Part shown: one piece after another, positions 10,059 to 18,459 of the stretch
Numbering within the stretch: position 1 is the first letter of the stretch
How the letters are laid out: the number at the start of each line of letters is the position of its first letter
Source: a virus
DNA length: 64,000 nt
Reading direction: 5' to 3' (one strand)
Virus genome (UHGV): UHGV-0277313
Position numbers and translations under genes: made by a program
The notes under the pieces: model-generated
What the model was told of the DNA's origin: nothing
Seen by the model: the letters and a program-made list of their open reading frames with translations, nothing else
Databases searched by the model: none

Positions 10059-12392
10059 ATGTCAAAATATTCTTTAAAATTTACAACAATAAAAGAATGG
10101 AAACCTGAACTTTTATCACCTGATGAAAATCCCGACAATCCAATTTGTTTAATCATTAATGAATCGCAAGAAGCTATTGCGATGCTAGTTCCACATGTTG
10201 ACAATACTTTTAATGAAAGTTTTATATTCCATTCTGAATCGGATACAAAAACTTTTAAAACAATTGTTGAAGCTTGCAAGTATGTCGGACTATCAGAAGA
10301 AAATAAAGAATGCTCTCAGTTTTTAACAAACACTGAACATTTTATTCTTACGGAAAAAGCACGTCTAGAGCGTTTAAATCCATTTTATGACGGGATTCAC
10401 ACACCTTATAATGACGCTTTGCAATTACATGAATTAAGAAATTCTTATTCAGAAGAAAAAGAAGCTCTGTTTGAAGATTTGATTACTGGAAGAACAAACC
10501 TTTTTGAGCCATCAGAAAGTTTTGATAGTGCTGCTCCAAAAATCTTTAAAATTTGTAAAAAACATCAAGGTATTAACATTTTAATTTTTAACAATCAGGC
10601 TTACTTTGATGCTTTAATTGAAAAGAGCGACTTTGCTTTGTTGAAAGAAAATTTTCAATGCAAACTAAACTTATCAGAAATATTCGGTGTTGGTCGTAAC
10701 AACAGCGGGGAAATTGAAAAACTTTTTAATAAAGATAAAATTGAAAAAGAATATCTTCCTTTGTTTGTTGAAAATGCTGGATCTTTAGGTGTTAAAAACA
10801 GAACAGTAACAGTATTTGACAATACAACAGGGTTAACTATTGAAATCATATTAAAAAATAAAACCATTGACACTGTTTCGCCAAAAGAATTGTCAATTAA
10901 TAATTTAGAAACAGGTTACAGTTTAATATACACTAAAAACAGTGATATAAAATATAAAGACATTTACTTTAATGAATCTAATAATGAATATAACACAATT
11001 GCAAAAATTAAAAGTGTTATTTCAGAAAATTCACATTCATATACATTTTCTAAAATAGAGGATGGTGAAGGCTCTTCATGCGAACTAAACAACGGCATTA
11101 CCGCTGTTCTTTCTGAACCTCGAAACAATTCACAAGCTTTAACACTGTATAAAGGTAAAGAAATTATCAATATTGGTAATGAACCTAGTGAAGCTTCAAA
11201 ACTTATGAAAAAAGGATTGCCACCTATTTCCATGAGATTGAATGAGCCAACAATAATGAACATTCTTCATTCAGTTGAAGGCATGACTTTTAAAACAAAA
11301 CCAGAAGTGGACATAAATCAATTTTACAACGAAGAACGATTCGACAAATTATTTGACGACGAACACAATACTGCGACAATTAAATTTTCAAAGAATGACT
11401 ACATGGCTACATTTACAAGATTAGAAGATGGAAGCTTCTACATGCGTCTCTCTTCTCAAAAATCGCCAGAAGTTACCATTGAAGACCAAATGTTTTCTCA
11501 AGAAGAAAAATCAGATATGCTAGAGATTTTAAATCAATACATATCAATGAGAGCTATTGAAAATACCGTCATTAATATTAACAGTTCAAGTAATGATTTA
11601 ACAGAAAATGATGTGTTTGTTAAAAATGCGCTACCGTTAACTATTAACATTACAGGTAAAAAACCTCATAACATTACTGCTATTGTAAAGTTTATTGGAA
11701 AAGATTCAGAACATAAATCAAAATATTCGATAACAGTACGTGAACAATCAAACTTCTCAAAGAATAAAGAAGATACTTATTATGATACAAGTGTCGAAAA
11801 TATAATTGGCAGTGGAAGATATCCATCACTTGAACAATATATAACAGAGAAAAATTTTAAATTTCCTACAACAGATAAAAAACAAATTATAGACTGTTTA
11901 AACTTTATTAAAAACAATGACATTGGCACTACAAGTCGTTCAATTAATAATATTCTTAACAGTGAAGGAAATAAAGACAAAGACATAAGATACATTTACC
12001 CAACAGATGTACCGTTGACTGCTAAAGACATCTTTAATGATTTTAAAGATAAAAATGAAGGTGATTCAGTATATTATGTATTTGCAAGAAAAGTTCAACT
12101 TGCAGGAAGATTGAACCCTCAAGACATAAAATCTTCTGATATTTATGACAGCGTAATTGTTGTCACACTGACAAACAAAAAAGAAAACAAATTTAGCTAT
12201 GATTATAATCAGTATTCTGAAAAAGATGACACAGAATTAGGGTATAAACCATTTGAGCTAAAGCCCATATTTAAAACAAATAAAGAAACAGGAAAATTAG
12301 AAGTATCTTCACATTTACACACTGATCAAACAATTGATAATTTAGTGGATAAGTTTGAAAAAACACAACGTGAAGTTTTAATAAAAAGATAA
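10059..12392 (+). CDS. hypothetical protein (777 aa)
   Basis: Long + strand ORF with AGGA RBS 11 nt upstream; followed by strong terminator. Confidence 0.6.
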   Translation: MSKYSLKFTTIKEWKPELLSPDENPDNPICLIINESQEAIAMLVPHVDNTFNESFIFHSESDTKTFKTIVEACKYVGLSEENKECSQFLTNTEHFILTEKARLERLNPFYDGIHTPYNDALQLHELRNSYSEEKEALFEDLITGRTNLFEPSESFDSAAPKIFKICKKHQGINILIFNNQAYFDALIEKSDFALLKENFQCKLNLSEIFGVGRNNSGEIEKLFNKDKIEKEYLPLFVENAGSLGVKNRTVTVFDNTTGLTIEIILKNKTIDTVSPKELSINNLETGYSLIYTKNSDIKYKDIYFNESNNEYNTIAKIKSVISENSHSYTFSKIEDGEGSSCELNNGITAVLSEPRNNSQALTLYKGKEIINIGNEPSEASKLMKKGLPPISMRLNEPTIMNILHSVEGMTFKTKPEVDINQFYNEERFDKLFDDEHNTATIKFSKNDYMATFTRLEDGSFYMRLSSQKSPEVTIEDQMFSQEEKSDMLEILNQYISMRAIENTVININSSSNDLTENDVFVKNALPLTINITGKKPHNITAIVKFIGKDSEHKSKYSITVREQSNFSKNKEDTYYDTSVENIIGSGRYPSLEQYITEKNFKFPTTDKKQIIDCLNFIKNNDIGTTSRSINNILNSEGNKDKDIRYIYPTDVPLTAKDIFNDFKDKNEGDSVYYVFARKVQLAGRLNPQDIKSSDIYDSVIVVTLTNKKENKFSYDYNQYSEKDDTELGYKPFELKPIFKTNKETGKLEVSSHLHTDQTIDNLVDKFEKTQREVLIKR

Positions 12393-12421
12393 AAAAAAAG
12401 CGGGGGGTAACCCCGCTTTTT
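12391..12421. terminator. bidirectional rho-independent terminator
   Basis: A9-GCGGGG-loop-CCCCGC-T5 between converging ORFs 10059..12392(+) and 12420..12812(-). Confidence 0.8.
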
Positions 12422-12812
12422 ACATGACTAACTCGTCTTTCTTTTTCATATAAATTATAGGATTAATGTTCATATTTGGAATTTTCCAAACAGCAACAAT
12501 ATAATCAACACCTTCAAATTGGCAAACATGTCCGATAAAAGAAATGTCTGACGTCTCAATTGCTCGTTCAAATTTCTCATTACTTAATAGTAAATTATAA
12601 AATTCAGAATCTTCTTTTAAGAAACCAAAACGTTTTTTCCATACATTCACGAAACTTATATCGCCAACATCAAACACATTACATAAAAAATCTTGATATT
12701 CTTGAAAACAATCTCCTAACATTTCAGAATATCGTCTTTCCATTTTCCCTGAACAAGAATGTGATTTGATCAGTTCATGTTCTGTATTCAATCCTAAATC
12801 TACAAATTCCAT
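12420..12812 (-). CDS. hypothetical protein
   Basis: 130-aa ORF. Confidence 0.45.
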   Translation of the reverse strand: MEFVDLGLNTEHELIKSHSCSGKMERRYSEMLGDCFQEYQDFLCNVFDVGDISFVNVWKKRFGFLKEDSEFYNLLLSNEKFERAIETSDISFIGHVCQFEGVDYIVAVWKIPNMNINPIIYMKKKDELVM

Positions 12813-12815
12813 AAA

Positions 12816-13538
12816 TCACCTATTCTTTAAAATGTCATTTGTTGTATTTATAGCTGTCTTTTTCCACTTTTCCAATTCAGCCTTTAATTGACAACGTTTA
12901 ATAAAATCTTGACCACAAGATTCCACTGTATAAACATATTTAAAAGCAGAAATCAACAAATGTAAAATTGTTGATATTTCTGTATTGGAATAACCTAATT
13001 GCATTAAACGTTCAACCGGAATTTTTAGAAAAGTTTCACCGTTTTCATTTACAGTTTCAAACTTTATATTAAAGTCATTAGCTAATTTCTGAACAGGTTC
13101 GATAAATAATTCTACACCCTTAAGATTGAAATTAACAAAACCATTCTTAAATAAAGCATTCTTACCAACTGATTCTTTTTCCAAATCAAGAAATGTTTTT
13201 ACTCTTTTTGCAATGCTTACAAAAAATGGAATAGATAATACAAAAGATAAAATCTCATCTTTCTGTTTATTACTATAAACAATCTTTTTACTTCTTTTGA
13301 ATTTAAAAATTGTATTTGGATATGTTTCAGGAATTTCAACAGTAAATTCATTACGTTTAGAATTTAACTTTACAATAAAACTATTAATACCAACAACGTG
13401 ATCTTTACATGGTTTATCTGATATACTGATACAATATCCTAAAATGCTAAAAAAGTTTTCTAATGTATCTTCATAAAGAGAATCATCATAATGTTTAATG
13501 TTAAATGTTAATTCTTCTGTCAAATCAATCAAGTGCAT
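12816..13538 (-). CDS. hypothetical protein
   Basis: 240-aa ORF. Confidence 0.5.
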   Translation of the reverse strand: MHLIDLTEELTFNIKHYDDSLYEDTLENFFSILGYCISISDKPCKDHVVGINSFIVKLNSKRNEFTVEIPETYPNTIFKFKRSKKIVYSNKQKDEILSFVLSIPFFVSIAKRVKTFLDLEKESVGKNALFKNGFVNFNLKGVELFIEPVQKLANDFNIKFETVNENGETFLKIPVERLMQLGYSNTEISTILHLLISAFKYVYTVESCGQDFIKRCQLKAELEKWKKTAINTTNDILKNR

Positions 13539-13800
13539 TTAAATCAACTCCATCAACAATGTTTGAAACTCTTTTTTGTTCATTTCGCAAATCATCAATA
13601 TATGTATCTTTTATAGTTAAATACTTACCTAAATCAATTAAACGATCCAGACGAACAATAAAGCTATTAACAAAATCGCTCCCTAAATTTGATGCATCAC
13701 ACAATTCGCGAACAAAACCAATTAATTCTTCACGATCTTGAATAAATCTGACCGCCTGATTTTCATCAAAAACTGTTTTATTTTCTTCAGGTGTACTCAT
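13525..13800 (-). CDS. hypothetical protein
   Basis: 91-aa ORF. Confidence 0.4.
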   Translation of the reverse strand: MSTPEENKTVFDENQAVRFIQDREELIGFVRELCDASNLGSDFVNSFIVRLDRLIDLGKYLTIKDTYIDDLRNEQKRVSNIVDGVDLNALD

Positions 13801-14147
13801 GCTTCGTAATCCAAAATTCCTAATTTAAATTCACGTTCAGTGTCTTCATTATCATACCTAATTTTTACAAAATCAAGTAAATTTTTTATCACAATAAAAT
13901 CTGCACTGAACCACTCACCACTTAAATGGTTAAATTTTAGATAGCGATGCATGATCGACTCCAGAATTTTTGCAGGAGCTTCTTCAATTTCTACACAATA
14001 TTCAAGTGACAATTTCTTTGGGTTACCTGTCTGAAGTTGTCTGACCCTTCTTTTTGGATCCTTTGACAACCCTACTTTAAAAGCTTCACCATTCGAAATC
14101 ACATAAATAAAACTACTCATTTCTAAAATATTTAAATAACATTTCAT
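13797..14147 (-). CDS. T5orf172 / GIY-YIG-superfamily domain protein
   Basis: YVISNGEAFKVGLSKDPKRRVRQLQTGNP matches the T5orf172 (GIY-YIG-like) signature. Confidence 0.5.
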   Translation of the reverse strand: MKCYLNILEMSSFIYVISNGEAFKVGLSKDPKRRVRQLQTGNPKKLSLEYCVEIEEAPAKILESIMHRYLKFNHLSGEWFSADFIVIKNLLDFVKIRYDNEDTEREFKLGILDYEA

Positions 14148-14173
14148 AACCTGCGATTAGAAAAATCAAATTT

Positions 14174-17100
14174 TTAGATTTCAATTACTTCCTGTTTCTT
14201 CGAGTCATAAACAAAACTATCTTCAGCTTTAACCTCTTGTGTTTTAGCCTCAATATATGGAAACTCTACAGGAGTTGCATCTAAATATGCATTATTAACA
14301 GCACCTACGCAATTGTGTACAAACACATTACAATCCAATGCAAAATTATGAATTGAATTTAATACAATATCATATACAGGTTTTGTATTTTCAATTTTTG
14401 TAATCTGTGTAACATACACATGTAAATTTTCAACTTTAGATTTCTGTTCTGCTAATTTATCACCTAAATCGTGTTTTAGCAAATATCGTCTATATCCTTC
14501 TGGATTTACTTGCTTCATTAACGCTAACCCTTCGTTAATGATTTTTGTTCTAGCCCGTTTCATAACAGTACGATCATGAAAAGCTTTAATTTCACGACCA
14601 GTCATTGCATGTAAATTTGTATGTTCAATATTTGTTAAAGGGACCAAATTTTCAGGTCTATCATCATTTTTATTATGTGACTTGTGATGAATAACTGTAA
14701 ATTTACTACCATCAATTACAGCACGTTTTTTTGCTTCTGCAATAGCGTTTGACAATAAGTCTTGAGAAACAATTTTATATAAAAATTTCGGCGTTCCTTT
14801 AAATGGATTAACAACTTTTCTATATCTATCATGATAGTTTAATTCATGATAATAATTAAAAGGCATTAACTCATCATACAGAGCAATATCTTCTGCCTGT
14901 TTATATTCACCGCTTTTCATTAGAATTAAATGATCATCAGTACATGCAAAGGTTTTTCCGTTGCTTAAAGTAAACTGCAACAAAGTTTCAGGAATATGTT
15001 TTTCTAACACACGTTCAATCTTAACAGGCTTTAACTGTTTTGATTCACAATCACATGCTAAAACCCATTCATGCTCAATATCAGAATTGTATAACTCTTC
15101 TATTGTTAAAACTTTTCCAGACAATAAAAAGATTTTTGTATCGTAAGCCAAACAACTATCAGCCATATCTTTTTTGTGCGTTGTTACTAGTTTTTTATCT
15201 GCAACACCAATATAACCTAATTGTTCACGCAAATATGGGCAATCACCAACTTTAATACGTCCTGTAATCATCCACTGTGCAAAATTTAAATATGCCGTAA
15301 TATCACGATCTACTGATTGATAACGTACGTTCTCAAATTCATGATGCTGCTGTAATGATTGTCTTACATATTCAGAATTGTGAACGAACACACCAGCCGA
15401 TAATGCGAAATTTGGAGCTTTATCTATACTAATATCATACACATCTTCATATTCGTCTAGAAATTCAATATATTTGACTTTATGATTAATTCTATGCTTT
15501 TTGAACCACTCTTCACGATATTTAGTCTTTTCTTTGTTGATAGTTTCTAACGAAACAGTTTTTTTATAATTTTTTCCAAACAATTTTATTAAATGACCTC
15601 TAGAGCCAGGATATCTCACTTTCATTTTCGCAACATATTCTGGATTTTCCCATTTTAATAAATTTGCTTTTGTTATATTCTGTAATGCAATATCTGATGT
15701 TTTACTACCTAATCTCGGTTTTCTTGTTTTATTTAAAATTTTAATTCTTTCAGATTGCTCTTTAGCTCTTTTGCAATCATCTTTTTTAAACGATTTTTTT
15801 GTACAATCAATCATCTCTTGTTTATATTTTTTTGCAACTAATTTCCCAGATTCACTTTGACACTTCCTTGCATATGCTGATTTATTTTTATCTGCATAAA
15901 ATTTTTCTTTTATTTTCTTGCATTTGATAGATCTCTTCTTTCTGGCTTCTTCTGTTTGAGATTTTTCTACAACCCTATTCCAAACAGTTGGATCTAATCT
16001 TAATAATTCTTGAAAATGCTCAACATGCACTTTCAAATGTTCATCTTTTGTTAACAATACTAAATTGTTTGGATTATTATTTAATTTATTAAAATCTTTA
16101 TGGTGTATGTGAAAGCCTTTAGTTGACCCATATAAACTATTTGCTATTTTTCCATAAGTTAACCCCCAACTATTTGTTAAAGGGTTTAATACATTTTCAT
16201 AACCTTTATCAGAATATTTCCTATATAAAGGCATCAATGAATCACCACAATTTAAATATTGTGCCTGAATAAAATCACCATTCCTTAACATAAAACGATG
16301 ATCTAATGTGCATCTTATTTCTTCATCATTATCTAACACAACTTTCATAATGCGTTTTTTGCCATTATTTTTAGCATTAATAATTCGTCCAGGAACAACT
16401 TTTTTTGTTTTCAGGTCTAACGTATATGTAAACAACTCCTCGCCACTATTGAATCTTTCTAAAATATCTTTAAAAGAAACTTCCTCACCATTTAATAATG
16501 ATACTTTTGTATCACCTGTGAAACATTGAAACTGATCATACGAAATTGTCTTAATATACACACCTGCTTTATCACGCAAATCCAATGATAATTGTTTAAT
16601 AGCATCATGATCAATTCGGTTTGGCGCTGAAATCCATGATACAAAATCAGCCACAAAAACAGTTTGATGTTCTCCTAAATCATTAACAACATACTCTTTA
16701 TGCCATAACGAATATCCTGCTTGTGACGTTGACTGTGAAGCTAGATCAACGTGAACGAACCTCGGTGCATTTGGATACCTTGCTAAACGTGGTCCTAAAG
16801 TTGTTTCTTGAAATAATTCTTTTGGCAACTTATCAAGTAAAGGTATCTGATCACCTAAAGGCGCTTCTAAATGAACCTCTGGTAATAATTGTTTACAATC
16901 ACCGATACGTGACAAATCGTCAAAAGGTCTATCAGATGTATCTGTCGTTCTACCAGCAATGTTTTGAATAGCCGCTTCAATATTATTTTCAAACTCACGT
17001 CTATACTCAATAGGAACTTCTAATAATTCACAACCTGCAGGTGGTACATAATTTAGTTTTTCTAAAGGTACATCATTATATTCTTCAGGCAACACTTTTG

Positions 17101-17521
17101 ACGGGTGTGTTTTAGTACCAATATAAATCCAAAAATGTTTACCTGATAATCCTAAAGCATCACCCTTAACTTCCCAAATAGCTGGATCTAACAATAATGT
17201 TTCTGGATCGTCAGGTTTGATTTTATGTATATATTCCCAAACCATTCCTGATTTTGATTTAGATGATGAAATCAACGCACAATAAATTAATGATGAATTT
17301 AAAAAACGTGATCTAATACGTTCGCGTAAACCTGTATAAAGTTTAAACGCTTCAGATGAATCCTTCTCTTCAGCTTCGTCAAAAATTGAGTTACATGTTA
17401 CAACTCCAGACGATAATAGATAATTGTGCAAATCATTATTTACTTCTAAATTATATACTTTTACAGGTTGTTCAAGTTTTTTAGTTTTTATGGAATTAAT
17501 CTTCATAAGTAAAACTTTCAT
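14174..17521 (-). CDS. terL: terminase large subunit, C-terminal precursor fragment: split-intein C-half (Int-C) + Walker B + nuclease domain, interrupted by two HNH-type inteins
   Basis: Starts with DnaE-Int-C-like 44 aa (VYNLEVNNDLHNYLLSSGVVTCN then S); extein SIFDEAEE (Walker B) continues the upstream fragment's ...IGYSVFG, aligning with T4 gp17 RGNSFAMIYIDECAF; RFVHVDLASQ nuclease motif; two full inteins with TxxH and HNF...HN blocks. Confidence 0.8.
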   Translation of the reverse strand: MKVLLMKINSIKTKKLEQPVKVYNLEVNNDLHNYLLSSGVVTCNSIFDEAEEKDSSEAFKLYTGLRERIRSRFLNSSLIYCALISSSKSKSGMVWEYIHKIKPDDPETLLLDPAIWEVKGDALGLSGKHFWIYIGTKTHPSKVLPEEYNDVPLEKLNYVPPAGCELLEVPIEYRREFENNIEAAIQNIAGRTTDTSDRPFDDLSRIGDCKQLLPEVHLEAPLGDQIPLLDKLPKELFQETTLGPRLARYPNAPRFVHVDLASQSTSQAGYSLWHKEYVVNDLGEHQTVFVADFVSWISAPNRIDHDAIKQLSLDLRDKAGVYIKTISYDQFQCFTGDTKVSLLNGEEVSFKDILERFNSGEELFTYTLDLKTKKVVPGRIINAKNNGKKRIMKVVLDNDEEIRCTLDHRFMLRNGDFIQAQYLNCGDSLMPLYRKYSDKGYENVLNPLTNSWGLTYGKIANSLYGSTKGFHIHHKDFNKLNNNPNNLVLLTKDEHLKVHVEHFQELLRLDPTVWNRVVEKSQTEEARKKRSIKCKKIKEKFYADKNKSAYARKCQSESGKLVAKKYKQEMIDCTKKSFKKDDCKRAKEQSERIKILNKTRKPRLGSKTSDIALQNITKANLLKWENPEYVAKMKVRYPGSRGHLIKLFGKNYKKTVSLETINKEKTKYREEWFKKHRINHKVKYIEFLDEYEDVYDISIDKAPNFALSAGVFVHNSEYVRQSLQQHHEFENVRYQSVDRDITAYLNFAQWMITGRIKVGDCPYLREQLGYIGVADKKLVTTHKKDMADSCLAYDTKIFLLSGKVLTIEELYNSDIEHEWVLACDCESKQLKPVKIERVLEKHIPETLLQFTLSNGKTFACTDDHLILMKSGEYKQAEDIALYDELMPFNYYHELNYHDRYRKVVNPFKGTPKFLYKIVSQDLLSNAIAEAKKRAVIDGSKFTVIHHKSHNKNDDRPENLVPLTNIEHTNLHAMTGREIKAFHDRTVMKRARTKIINEGLALMKQVNPEGYRRYLLKHDLGDKLAEQKSKVENLHVYVTQITKIENTKPVYDIVLNSIHNFALDCNVFVHNCVGAVNNAYLDATPVEFPYIEAKTQEVKAEDSFVYDSKKQEVIEI
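14312..15154 (-). mobile_element. intein 5 of terminase (281 aa, HNH-type endonuclease domain)
   Basis: CLAYDTKIF...TDDH...VIHHKSHNKNDDRPENL...HNFALDCNVFVHN followed by +1 Cys. Confidence 0.75.
15377..16525 (-). mobile_element. intein 4 of terminase (383 aa, HNH-type endonuclease domain)
   Basis: CFTGDTKV...CTLDHRF...HIHHKDFNKLNNNPNNL...NFALSAGVFVHN followed by +1 Ser. Confidence 0.75.
17390..17521 (-). mobile_element. split-intein C-terminal half (Int-C, 44 aa) of terminase intein 3
   Basis: MKVLLMKINSIKTKKLEQPVKVYNLEVNNDLHNYLLSSGVVTCN closely resembles Npu DnaE Int-C (MIKIATRKYLGKQNVYDIGVERDHNFALKNGFIASN). Confidence 0.75.
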
Positions 17522-18458
17522 TGAAAATCAAATTAATTGTACTAACAAACTTAGATACTGAACCAAATTTTTTAATTAAACTATCCCACAAAGGCAAAGA
17601 TCTTTTGTTTTTATCCGAAAGATTTCTTGCTTTCTGATATGACAACTTGTTGACAACATTACCTTCAATTAATTTAACAACATTATAATATCTAGCTAAC
17701 GTAGCTAACTCTTGTTTTTCTCTTGCTCTTTCTGGATACAATTTATTAAACTCTTGCGTATTTTTTGAATGCAATTTTCGTGTAGAATCTGTAATTACCC
17801 TGTTTTTATTTGAATTAACAACTACATCGTGATGCCTTTGTGATGAATTAAATTTTCTCATCAATTCTCTTCCATGTTCTATACAATGCATCTTTCCTTC
17901 CTCTGAACGTAAATACTGTTTCATTCTTTTTGATGCACTTTCTCTACCCTCTATACTTTTGCTATAAGGTATTAAAACTTTTTTAACACGTTCTGCTCTT
18001 CTTTTTATAAACTCTTTATCGTTATTAATCTTGTTTAAATTATTTCTTGCACAAGATTTCATATATTCTGAAGACATCAGATCTTTCATTCTATTTCTAG
18101 CCCTATTCTTTGCTTCGACAGTTCTAGAATATTCAACAAGATGTTTTGCAGTATTTAGCAATTTTGCTGAATCACTTGATAAACCTTTCCCACCTTCAAC
18201 TAAATTATAACATTTATCATCATTTACAGTGTTACTATTAACAAGTACGCGTTCAAAGTTAAATGCATCTTTCTCTGAATCAAAAAAACGTAAAATTTTT
18301 AATTGAAAATTTTCTTTTCCATATTTTTTTATGGCTTTTTTTATTAAAACGCCAGAACCTAAATACCTATCATTAAGGTTATTTGTTGCATGTTTTCCAT
18401 AATAAAATTTACCGTTTATTAAATTAGTTATTTTATAAACAAAAATAAATTTACTCAT
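17496..18458 (-). CDS. free-standing GIY-YIG homing endonuclease located between the two halves of the terminase split intein
   Basis: N-terminus FIFVYKITNLINGKFYYGKH...NDRYLGSG is a canonical GIY-YIG motif; first ATG is 2 nt after upstream stop (track start 18470 is GTG); 3' end overlaps Int-C ORF start by 26 nt. Confidence 0.8.
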   Translation of the reverse strand: MSKFIFVYKITNLINGKFYYGKHATNNLNDRYLGSGVLIKKAIKKYGKENFQLKILRFFDSEKDAFNFERVLVNSNTVNDDKCYNLVEGGKGLSSDSAKLLNTAKHLVEYSRTVEAKNRARNRMKDLMSSEYMKSCARNNLNKINNDKEFIKRRAERVKKVLIPYSKSIEGRESASKRMKQYLRSEEGKMHCIEHGRELMRKFNSSQRHHDVVVNSNKNRVITDSTRKLHSKNTQEFNKLYPERAREKQELATLARYYNVVKLIEGNVVNKLSYQKARNLSDKNKRSLPLWDSLIKKFGSVSKFVSTINLIFNESFTYED

Positions 18459-18459
18459 A

